A stretch of 53,779 bases of DNA, taken from positions 1 to 53,779 of the forward strand of contig DASROP010000147.1 in assembly GCA_035646835.1 (NCBI GenBank), read 5' to 3'. Position 1 is the first letter of the stretch; every line of letters starts with the position of its first letter. The translations under genes and the position numbers were made by a program. Below are positions 39,094-46,112 of this stretch, in pieces. Source of the stretch: Actinomycetales bacterium. Its GTDB lineage: Bacteria > Actinomycetota > Actinomycetes > Actinomycetales > DASROP01. The notes under the pieces were generated by a model. The model was not told the DNA's origin. It made no database searches and saw only the letters and a program-made list of their open reading frames with translations.

Positions 39094-40358
39094 GCGGTGC
39101 CCACCCCCCGGCGCCGGTCGACCTCCCGAAGCTGCAACGGCTTCTCGGCGACGAGACCCTGGCGTGGCTGGTGCACCGGGTCCGCGACCGGCGCGAGCGA
39201 GGGTGGCCGCCGGCGGATCGGCTGAGGCTGGCCGAACCGACCGCCGCCCAGCGCGAGTCGCTGATCGCGCTGCTCGGCCGGCGTCCGCGGTCTTCGGGTG
39301 CACTGTCGGTCCGGGTCGGCGAGCTCGACGCCGTGCTCCGCGGGGCGGGGGCGGCGCCGGACCTCCAGACCGCCGTCGTCGCCCTGACCGGTCCCCTGCG
39401 CGACCGTGCCGGTGAGCTGGTTGCCCAGGCGTCAGCGTGGGAGCGGGTGCGGTCGCGCCTGCTCGAGGCGGTGGGACCACGACCGGCCCTGCAGCCCTGG
39501 GCTCAGACCGTGTGGGCGACGGGACTGCTGCGCCGCCTGGCCGGCACACCGTCCCGCGCGTTGGAGCTGCTCGGGCAGCTGGACGCCGTGCTGAGGGAGC
39601 TGCCCGCCGGCGACCCGGTGCTGCGCAGCCGCCTGGCGACGACGGCACTGCACGACGCCCACGGGCTCGACGACGACCGGCCACTGACGACGCTGGTCCT
39701 CGGCGCCGCGGCCGCGCTCGGGGACGTGGCGCCGGGCGAGGGCGCCGCGGCCAGGCGCCGCGTCTGGGCGGGTGTCAGGGTCGGGGTCGGTGACCTGAGC
39801 GCGCCGGCGCTCACGCTGGGGCTGCCCGGTGACGGGGTGTCGGGCCTGGGTCGGGTGCTCGACGCGTGGCGCCGTGCGGGCGAGCCGGTTCACCTGACGC
39901 TGCGACAGTTGACCACCGGGCCAGGACGGTTACCCCTCACGGGCACCGACGTGTACGTCTGCGAGAACCCGTCGGTGGTGGCGATCGCCGCGGACGTCCT
40001 CGGGGCCGGCTGCAGGCCGCTGGTCTGCACGCACGGCCAGCCGAGCTCTGCGGTCGCGGCCGTGCTCGACCTCATGGTGACCAGCGGCGCACGCCTGCAC
40101 TATCACGGCGACTTCGACTGGGGTGGTCTACGGATCGCCGTCCGGGTCGTCGACCGGTGGCGCGCCGAGCCCTGGCGGTACGAGCGCGAGCAGTACGAGG
40201 CGGCCGTGGCTGCCGGCCACGGCGGGCGGGCGCTCACCGACTCCTCCCGCGCGCAGGCGCCCTGGTCGCCGGGGCTCGTGACGTCAATGCGCACGAACGG
40301 CCGCGCCGTCGAGGAGGAGGCCGTCGTCGCCGACCTGCTCGATGACCTGGCCCGCTGA
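39090..40358 (+). CDS. jetD: Wadjet JetD (TIGR02679, DUF3323 + DUF2399 Toprim nuclease)
   Basis: Toprim Glu in VYVCENPSVV and DxD in HYHGDFDWGGLRIA. 422 aa. GTGA overlap with jetC. Confidence 0.88.
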   Translation: MSGAHPPAPVDLPKLQRLLGDETLAWLVHRVRDRRERGWPPADRLRLAEPTAAQRESLIALLGRRPRSSGALSVRVGELDAVLRGAGAAPDLQTAVVALTGPLRDRAGELVAQASAWERVRSRLLEAVGPRPALQPWAQTVWATGLLRRLAGTPSRALELLGQLDAVLRELPAGDPVLRSRLATTALHDAHGLDDDRPLTTLVLGAAAALGDVAPGEGAAARRRVWAGVRVGVGDLSAPALTLGLPGDGVSGLGRVLDAWRRAGEPVHLTLRQLTTGPGRLPLTGTDVYVCENPSVVAIAADVLGAGCRPLVCTHGQPSSAVAAVLDLMVTSGARLHYHGDFDWGGLRIAVRVVDRWRAEPWRYEREQYEAAVAAGHGGRALTDSSRAQAPWSPGLVTSMRTNGRAVEEEAVVADLLDDLAR

Positions 40359-40391
40359 GTGGTGGCGCCGCTCGGCGGTCAGGTCAGGCGC

Positions 40392-40799
40392 TCAGGCGCC
40401 GATCACTGCCCAGCCGAGCGATCGGGCCGCCTGCGCCTGCCGCGCGTCGAACGTCACCAGACGGACGACGGGCGCCCCGACGCGCTGGGCCGCGGCCAGG
40501 TGCAGCGCATCGAGACTCCGGGCACCGGTCAGCTCGGCCAGCTCCGCGGCCGTGCGGCAGGTGATCGCGTCGAGCTGGACGACGGCGGTCCGTCGCCAGT
40601 CGCCTGCGAACGCCTCGCGAGCGGCAGCGAGTCCGACCGGATCGACCGCCAGGCGAATCGCCAGCGTCCGCCGGACCTCGACCTCGGTGTGAGCAGCGGT
40701 CACCCATTCGGGGTCGGAGGCCAGTAGTCGAGCCGCTGCCGACGAGTCGGGCTCCGCCACGTACCGCTTCACCAATGCGCTGCTGTCCAGGTACTGCAC
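40392..40799 (-). CDS. PIN-domain toxin (VapC family)
   Basis: YLDSSALVKRYV (first acidic residue), ...AHTEVEV..., ...LDALHLAAA..., 135 aa. GTG start directly abuts the antitoxin stop. Confidence 0.82.
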   Translation of the reverse strand: MQYLDSSALVKRYVAEPDSSAAARLLASDPEWVTAAHTEVEVRRTLAIRLAVDPVGLAAAREAFAGDWRRTAVVQLDAITCRTAAELAELTGARSLDALHLAAAQRVGAPVVRLVTFDARQAQAARSLGWAVIGA

Positions 40800-41063
40800 C
40801 TACTCGCCCCGGTCGCCGGAGAGGATCTCGGTCGTACTCGGGCCGATCGGGGGCTGGACGGGCTCGACGGCCGCGGGCACCTCGATGGTCTCGCGCACGA
40901 TCCAGCCGTCGACGAGACCGCGGTCGACGTTGTCGCCGGCCGGCAGCGGCATCAGCACGGCGCGAGGCACCCCCCGGTCCGTCACGCGGACCAGCTCACC
41001 CCGTGACGCGCGCTCGACGTACTCGGAGAGACGTGCCTTCAGCTCGCGGATGCCGACGTCCAT
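40800..41063 (-). CDS. Phd/YefM-type antitoxin
   Basis: MDVGIRELKARLSEYVERASRGELVRVTDRGVPRAVLMPL. The ATG at 41063 is in frame within the longer listed ORF. Confidence 0.8.
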   Translation of the reverse strand: MDVGIRELKARLSEYVERASRGELVRVTDRGVPRAVLMPLPAGDNVDRGLVDGWIVRETIEVPAAVEPVQPPIGPSTTEILSGDRGE

Positions 41064-41093
41064 GTAGTCACTGTACCCACAGAAAGTGACTAC
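41064..41093. promoter_or_regulatory. Candidate operator of the second Phd-PIN module
   Basis: Perfect inverted repeat gtagtcact (41064-41072) / agtgactac (41085-41093) with a 12-nt spacer. It immediately abuts the antitoxin start codon. Confidence 0.4.
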
Positions 41094-41095
41094 AC

Positions 41096-41554
41096 TTAGT
41101 ACGCCGGGCCGAGGGACAGACGACGCGCGAGCTCGGCGTTGTGGCGGTTGGCGAGACCGACGGCGTCGACGAGCGCCCAGATGAAGATGCCGAGCGGCAG
41201 GAAGAACAGGAAGCCCAGCGTCACGAACATGAGGAGGTAGGCGACGAACGACCCGCCGAGGAACGCCAGGCCCCGGCCGACGTGGCCGCAGTACATCTGC
41301 CCCGCACCCACCAGCAGGATCGACAGCACCGCGGCCAGGCCGCCCGACTTGCGGCCGAGGATGGCCAGGGCAGCCGCGTTCTGCGCAGACGGCGGCGGGT
41401 AGCCCTGGCCGTACGCCACGGGGACGTTGCGGGACGGCGGTGGCGGCGCCCCGTACGGCTGCACCTGTCCGTACCCGGCAGGCGCGGGCCCAGCGGTGTA
41501 GGGCTGCTGCGCCGGCTGGGCGTAGAACGGCGGCTGTTCGCCTGGTACCGACAT
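41096..41554 (-). CDS. TM2-domain-like membrane protein with a Pro/Gln/Tyr-rich N-terminus
   Basis: ...RKSGGLAAVLSILLVGAGQMYCGHVGRGLAFL...IWALVDAV resembles the TM2 domain pattern (two helices). The low-complexity N-terminal 60 aa reads PYGAPPPP.... Confidence 0.55.
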   Translation of the reverse strand: MSVPGEQPPFYAQPAQQPYTAGPAPAGYGQVQPYGAPPPPSRNVPVAYGQGYPPPSAQNAAALAILGRKSGGLAAVLSILLVGAGQMYCGHVGRGLAFLGGSFVAYLLMFVTLGFLFFLPLGIFIWALVDAVGLANRHNAELARRLSLGPAY

Positions 41555-41692
41555 GGCGCTCCCCCGGGGTAGACCGTGCTCGACGCTCGCAGCCGCCGTC
41601 CCGCTGCCGCAGCCGAACACCCACATGTCCCCCGAACGGGTCACATCGGCCGGCAGCACTGGATTCGGGCTGCGAGCTGGTAGGAAGGCGGG

Positions 41693-42583
41693 GTGCTGTC
41701 CGAGAGCGAGGACCGGCTGCTGCGCCAGCTGGTGATGGACCGCCTCGCCGAGCGCACGGTGCACAACGGCGGCTTCGTCAGCCGGGCCGAGCTCAGCAGC
41801 TTTCCGCTCGAGGGGACCACGCGGCGGCTGATCGACACGTCGAAGGGCATCTGGAACCCGCGCGACCTGGTGGCGACGCTGACGATCGTCAGCTCGCCCG
41901 ACGGGCCCTACGAGGACCAGGACGTCGAGGGCGGCTTCTTCCGCTACGACTACCGGGCCGGTTCGGACGCCGGCGACAACACGAAGCTGCGACGCGCGGC
42001 CGAGCTCGGGCTGCCCCTGATCCTGCTGCGCAAGATCGCCACTGGCGTCTATGTCCCGGTCTTTCCGGTCTACGTCATGGACGACGACCGCTCGGCCCGG
42101 CGCTTCACCATCGCCGTGGACGAGAGCCTGAGGTTCATGCCCAAGCCGGCGGAGTGGACGGACGACCAGCGTCGCTACGCGGAGCGGCTCGTACGCCAGC
42201 GGCTGCACCAGCCGGAGTTCCGCGGGCGGGTGATCCGCGCCTACGCGACGCGGTGCACGGTGTGCTCATTGCGGCACGGCGAGCTCCTCGACGCCGCGCA
42301 CATCATCGGGGACACCGAGGTCGGCGGCCTGCCGATCGTCACCAACGGCCTGGCCATGTGCAAGATCCACCACAGCGCCTACGACGCCCGGCTGCTGGGG
42401 ATCTCCCCGGACTACAGGGTCACCATCGACTCCGACCTGCTCGCCGAGACGGACGGCCCGATGCTGCGGTACGGCATCCAGGCGATGCACGGCGGAACGT
42501 TGCAGCTGCCCGCGCGCAGGGCCGACTGGCCCGACAAGGAGCGCCTGGCAGCCAGGTTCGAGGCGTTCGGCCGATGCGCCTGA
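41693..42583 (+). CDS. HNH_2-type endonuclease with an uncharacterised ~170-aa N-terminal domain (putative modification-dependent restriction enzyme)
   Basis: C-terminal CTVCSL...LDAAHIIG...NGLAMCKIHHSAYD is the HNH_2 (PF13391-like) motif as I recall it. The N-terminal part (GIWNPRDL...FRYDYRAGSDAGDNTKLRRAAELGLPLILL) recalls DNA-reader domains fused to such nucleases. Confidence 0.75.
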   Translation: MLSESEDRLLRQLVMDRLAERTVHNGGFVSRAELSSFPLEGTTRRLIDTSKGIWNPRDLVATLTIVSSPDGPYEDQDVEGGFFRYDYRAGSDAGDNTKLRRAAELGLPLILLRKIATGVYVPVFPVYVMDDDRSARRFTIAVDESLRFMPKPAEWTDDQRRYAERLVRQRLHQPEFRGRVIRAYATRCTVCSLRHGELLDAAHIIGDTEVGGLPIVTNGLAMCKIHHSAYDARLLGISPDYRVTIDSDLLAETDGPMLRYGIQAMHGGTLQLPARRADWPDKERLAARFEAFGRCA

Positions 42584-42620
42584 CGCCGGCCACTCCCTCG
42601 ACGCCCATTGCGGCTCCTGC

Positions 42621-42851
42621 TCAATGAGTCTCGGCGTCGCTCGAGGCCAGGAGCTCCAGGTCGAGCCGGCGGAGCCAGTCCGTCTCCATGAACTCGAGCA
42701 TCGGCGACATCTGACGGGTCGCGTAGCGGCCGGCTTCGCTCTCGTCGAGGGGAAGGACGACGTCGCGTTCGGCCGTCGTCCTGTAGCCCACGGCGATGTC
42801 CAGGTCACGAGCCGCCGCGGGGTCGATCAGTACGCTGCCGAACACCGTCAC
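42621..42851 (-). pseudogene. Short nucleotidyltransferase-like ORF (possible MNT-type remnant)
   Basis: VFGSVLIDPAAARDLDIAV resembles the GS...D.D motif of NTP_transf_2 proteins. The usual ~25 N-terminal residues are missing and there is no HEPN partner. GTG start; a stop codon lies just upstream. Confidence 0.3.
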
Positions 42852-42887
42852 ACGGCCGCCACGAGACCTAGGGTTTCAAACCCCAAG

Positions 42888-42936
42888 TTGATCAAGGACT
42901 CCATGCTCGCGAGCCGGGCATGGAGTCCTTGATCAA
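42888..42936. repeat. Type B TGATCA hairpin (18-bp perfect arms, 13-nt loop)
   Basis: ttgatcaaggactccatg (42888-42905) and catggagtccttgatcaa (42919-42936) are exact reverse complements. The hairpin lies 27 nt downstream of the NERD-helicase stop. gggtttcaaaccc (42871-42883) just beside it is also self-complementary. Confidence 0.65.
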
Positions 42937-42962
42937 CGTTGAGGGAGGGGGGTTTGACCGTC

Positions 42963-44594
42963 TCAGGTGATGCCGAGCCGGTGGGCGACACCCTCGCCGC
43001 CGATGTCGCGGATCAGCCCTGGGTCCCCGCAGACGACGAGCCGGTCGCGGGCACGGGACAGGCCGACGTACAGCTTCTCTCGGGCCCGCTCGTCGCGACC
43101 GAACCCGTTCACGGCGAGGACGACGGCCGGTCGTTCGAGCCCCTTGAAGCCGAGGACGTGCCCGTAGAAGACCTGGTCCGCGTCGTAGAAGGACTCCCAG
43201 TAGTGGCCCTGGCCTCGGGCCTGGCGTTCGACCTGCTCGGGGTGGCGCTTGCCCGTGGTCAGCAGGGCGACGTGCTCGGCCGGCCAGCCCTCCTCGAGAA
43301 GAACCTCGACCTCGTCGTCCGCCTGACCCAGCGCCTCGTCGTCCGAGCAGGCGACGAAACGCACCGGGTCGCCGTCCCCGCCGCGGTAGCGCATCTGCAT
43401 CTGGGTCAGGGACCCGAAGGTCTGGGCGATCGGGAGCGTGTTGCGGAGGTTCTCGTCCAGGAGCACCGGGACGAGCGACAGCGGCGCACGGCCCTGCCGG
43501 GCGAAGACCCTCTGGCCCTCGTCCGCGAAGACGTAGACACCACCACGCTCCTGGTCGCGCAGTGCGGACAGCAGCGCAGGCCACCAGGAGTCCGCGAAGT
43601 CCTGTGCCTCGTCGACGACGACCGCGTCGAAGAGCTGGTCGTCGGGCAGGTCGAGCGCGAGGCGGGCCATCTCGGCCGGGAGGCGTTCTTCCCAGAACCG
43701 GCTGTCGTCGTCCGAGCCGCTGGGAGCACCCCACACCTGCCCGAGCCCGTGGAAGGTGCCGACGTACGCGGGACGCTCGTGGCGTTTGAGCCCCGCCACA
43801 CGGCGACGCAGGTACTCGGCCAGGCCGCGGCTGTAGCAGGTGAGCGCGACGCGCTGGCCGGCCTTGGACAGGCGCCGGGCCTGCTCCAGGGCGAGCCAGG
43901 TCTTGCCCGAACCGGCGCCGCCGATCACCTCGACGCGTGGCACGGCCCGCAGCGCGGAGAGGATCGTCGCCTGGCGCTCGGTCATCAGGTCGACGTCCGC
44001 GGCCCGCTCGGCGATCTCGGCGATCAGGTCGCCCTGCGGCAGCATCCGGCCGCTGAGGACGTCGACCATCGTGTCCACGTCGTCCTGGGTCGCGCACGGG
44101 TTCTCGCTGCGCTGGTCGGTGACGAGGTCGTACAGCATCCCGGCGGGGCTGCCGGGCAGGTCGTCGCGGTCGAGCACCATCGCTCGCGGGCACTCCGGCC
44201 GGTCGAAGGACGGCGCGATCGCGCTGTGCGGGAAGGCGACGGCGTGGGCGAAGCGGGTGCGACGGCGTCCCCATCGCGGGTCGCGGTCGAGGTAGTCGCG
44301 GATCGCGTATTTGCACCTGCGTGCCTGGGCCACCGGGTCGAGGTGGCGGCTGTTGTTGCCCTGGCGCCAGCGCTGGCCGTCGTGGCTGATCCGGCCGCCC
44401 TTGACCTCGACGACCACGATGCCGGCGTCCGGCATCGCCACCACGACGTCGGCCTCGTGGTCGCCGTCGTCGTCGGTGATCCGCAGGTTCGCCATCAGGA
44501 CGTCGTGCGGCCTGAGGCTCTGCTTCAGCGCCTGCCACACCTGTTGCTCCGCGGCAGAGGTGAACACGGGATCGGCGGGGATGCACCGCGGCAT
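42963..44594 (-). CDS. NERD-domain nuclease fused to a UvrD/SF1-like helicase
   Basis: NERD core HEADVVVAMPDAGIVVVEVKGGRIS. Walker A GGAGSGKT, Walker B AVVVDEAQDF, and motif VI-like YVGLSRARDRLVV. Confidence 0.82.
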   Translation of the reverse strand: MPRCIPADPVFTSAAEQQVWQALKQSLRPHDVLMANLRITDDDGDHEADVVVAMPDAGIVVVEVKGGRISHDGQRWRQGNNSRHLDPVAQARRCKYAIRDYLDRDPRWGRRRTRFAHAVAFPHSAIAPSFDRPECPRAMVLDRDDLPGSPAGMLYDLVTDQRSENPCATQDDVDTMVDVLSGRMLPQGDLIAEIAERAADVDLMTERQATILSALRAVPRVEVIGGAGSGKTWLALEQARRLSKAGQRVALTCYSRGLAEYLRRRVAGLKRHERPAYVGTFHGLGQVWGAPSGSDDDSRFWEERLPAEMARLALDLPDDQLFDAVVVDEAQDFADSWWPALLSALRDQERGGVYVFADEGQRVFARQGRAPLSLVPVLLDENLRNTLPIAQTFGSLTQMQMRYRGGDGDPVRFVACSDDEALGQADDEVEVLLEEGWPAEHVALLTTGKRHPEQVERQARGQGHYWESFYDADQVFYGHVLGFKGLERPAVVLAVNGFGRDERAREKLYVGLSRARDRLVVCGDPGLIRDIGGEGVAHRLGIT

Positions 44595-44608
44595 GGTCGT
44601 CTCTCAGC

Positions 44609-45067
44609 TCACGCCACGTCGCGACCGGGCTCGGCATCGCCGGAGACCAGCTCGTCGTCGAACGGCGTCTCGCCCCCGAAGACGGCCGCCAGCATCGGGC
44701 CGAGGGCGCTGGCCTGACCTCCGACGAGGCCGCAGGTGCCTTGCAGCGACTCGCGATCGACGGCCTCGGCGGGCAGCGCGTACTCGCAGACGACCACGCC
44801 GCACGACCAGTAGACGCTGCCGAACCGGGACCGCGCGGTGACGCTGTTCAGCTCGGTCAGCAGCTTCGCCGTCCGCCTCACCCCGAGCGCGGCGTGCGCG
44901 AACACGCGGACCGCCATCGGCGACCCGAGCTCCACCGTGACCCACGCGGCCGCCGTCCCGACCCGGAACGGGTAGTCGCCGTCGTCGTCCACCACCAGCT
45001 CGTGGCGGTCCCAGATCTCCTGCAGCAGCCGCTCCACGTGCGAGCGGAACCAGACGTCCTCGGCCAT
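44609..45067 (-). CDS. YbjN-like (T3SS-chaperone-like) domain protein
   Basis: VERLLQEIW...DDDGDYPFRVGTAAAWVTV...MAVRVFAHAALGV..TAKLLTELN...MLAAVFGGETPF fits the actinobacterial YbjN-domain pattern I remember. Strong RBS AAGGGGGAG. Its stop lies 14 nt before the helicase start. Confidence 0.65.
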   Translation of the reverse strand: MAEDVWFRSHVERLLQEIWDRHELVVDDDGDYPFRVGTAAAWVTVELGSPMAVRVFAHAALGVRRTAKLLTELNSVTARSRFGSVYWSCGVVVCEYALPAEAVDRESLQGTCGLVGGQASALGPMLAAVFGGETPFDDELVSGDAEPGRDVA

Positions 45068-45125
45068 GACGCTCCCCCTTCTCGACCCTGTAGCGACCAC
45101 GATGCCACCCACCACCGACAGCCGG

Positions 45126-45164
45126 GACGGCGACGCGGCGCCACGCGGGCGCCACGTCGCCGTC
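45126..45164 (-). terminator. Possible intrinsic terminator hairpin after the lipoprotein gene
   Basis: gacggcgacg (45126-45135) / cgtcgccgtc (45155-45164) form 10-bp perfect arms with a 19-nt loop, starting 4 nt after the lipoprotein stop. There is no U-tract, so the call is weak. Confidence 0.3.
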
Positions 45165-45167
45165 ACC

Positions 45168-45929
45168 TCAGCCCAGCAAGGACAGGCCCGAGAGCTGGAC
45201 ATAGACCTCGGACGACGCCGGCGCCGGCAGGTCTGCCGCCGTCGAGATCTCCACGCCGGCGGTCCCCCCGGCGGGCACGAAGGACAGGTACGTGAAGTCC
45301 CCACCGACGATCGCGCCGTCCGCACCACGGTGGATCGCCGTGGCGTACAGGTCCTGCAGGTCCTTGGAGAACGGCGACGACACCGTGGCGGTCGTCGTCA
45401 GACCGCCGTACTCCTCAGCGCTCGTCGCGACCTGGGTCACCTCGAAGCTTCCGGCGACGTCGTCGGCCGGCTCGGTACCGCCGGGCAGCACCTGCACGGA
45501 CATCGAGGTCACGCCGTCGAGGTCGTAGACGCTCGCGCCGAGGGCGGCCTGCTGGCCCGGCAGGACCGCGGTCAGGTAGTTCTCCTCGGCGCTGACGACG
45601 GCGCCGTCCGCCCCGGTGAACGTGATCTGCACCCGCGCGTCGACCGCGATCGCGGTCCCGCTGTTCGCGAAAACCACCCCGTAGCTCACCTGCGGCGAGC
45701 TGTACTCCCCCGCCGGCACCTGCGTGAAGCCGTACTCGACGACCTCGATCACCGCAGCCGGCTCGGCCTCGACCTCGGTCTCAGCCTCGACGACCGGAGC
45801 CGCCGACTCCCCCGACACCACCTGCGAACCCTCGCCGTCGCTCGAGACCGCGTCCCCCACCGACCCGCAGCCCGACAGCACCGACACCACCAACAGCGCC
45901 ACCACGGCGCCCAGAATCCGTCGCATCAC
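45168..45929 (-). CDS. Hypothetical lipoprotein
   Basis: Signal peptide with lipobox MMRRILGAVVALLVVSVLSGC. Ser/Gly/Ala/Val-rich beta-like body. RBS AGGGGGA. Confidence 0.65.
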   Translation of the reverse strand: MMRRILGAVVALLVVSVLSGCGSVGDAVSSDGEGSQVVSGESAAPVVEAETEVEAEPAAVIEVVEYGFTQVPAGEYSSPQVSYGVVFANSGTAIAVDARVQITFTGADGAVVSAEENYLTAVLPGQQAALGASVYDLDGVTSMSVQVLPGGTEPADDVAGSFEVTQVATSAEEYGGLTTTATVSSPFSKDLQDLYATAIHRGADGAIVGGDFTYLSFVPAGGTAGVEISTAADLPAPASSEVYVQLSGLSLLG

Positions 45930-46112
45930 GACGTCCCCCTCTCGTCATCGTCGCCCGGAAGGACGACGAGAACGACGTTGACAGCCACCACCGACAACGC
46001 CTTCGGACGGCGTCACCCACATGGAGCAGGCGATGGTCGAGGCACCAGCGTCACCCTGATTGTCGCGTGGCCCTACGTCTGGCTTCGGTACTTCGCCTTC
46101 ACCTGACCTGAG

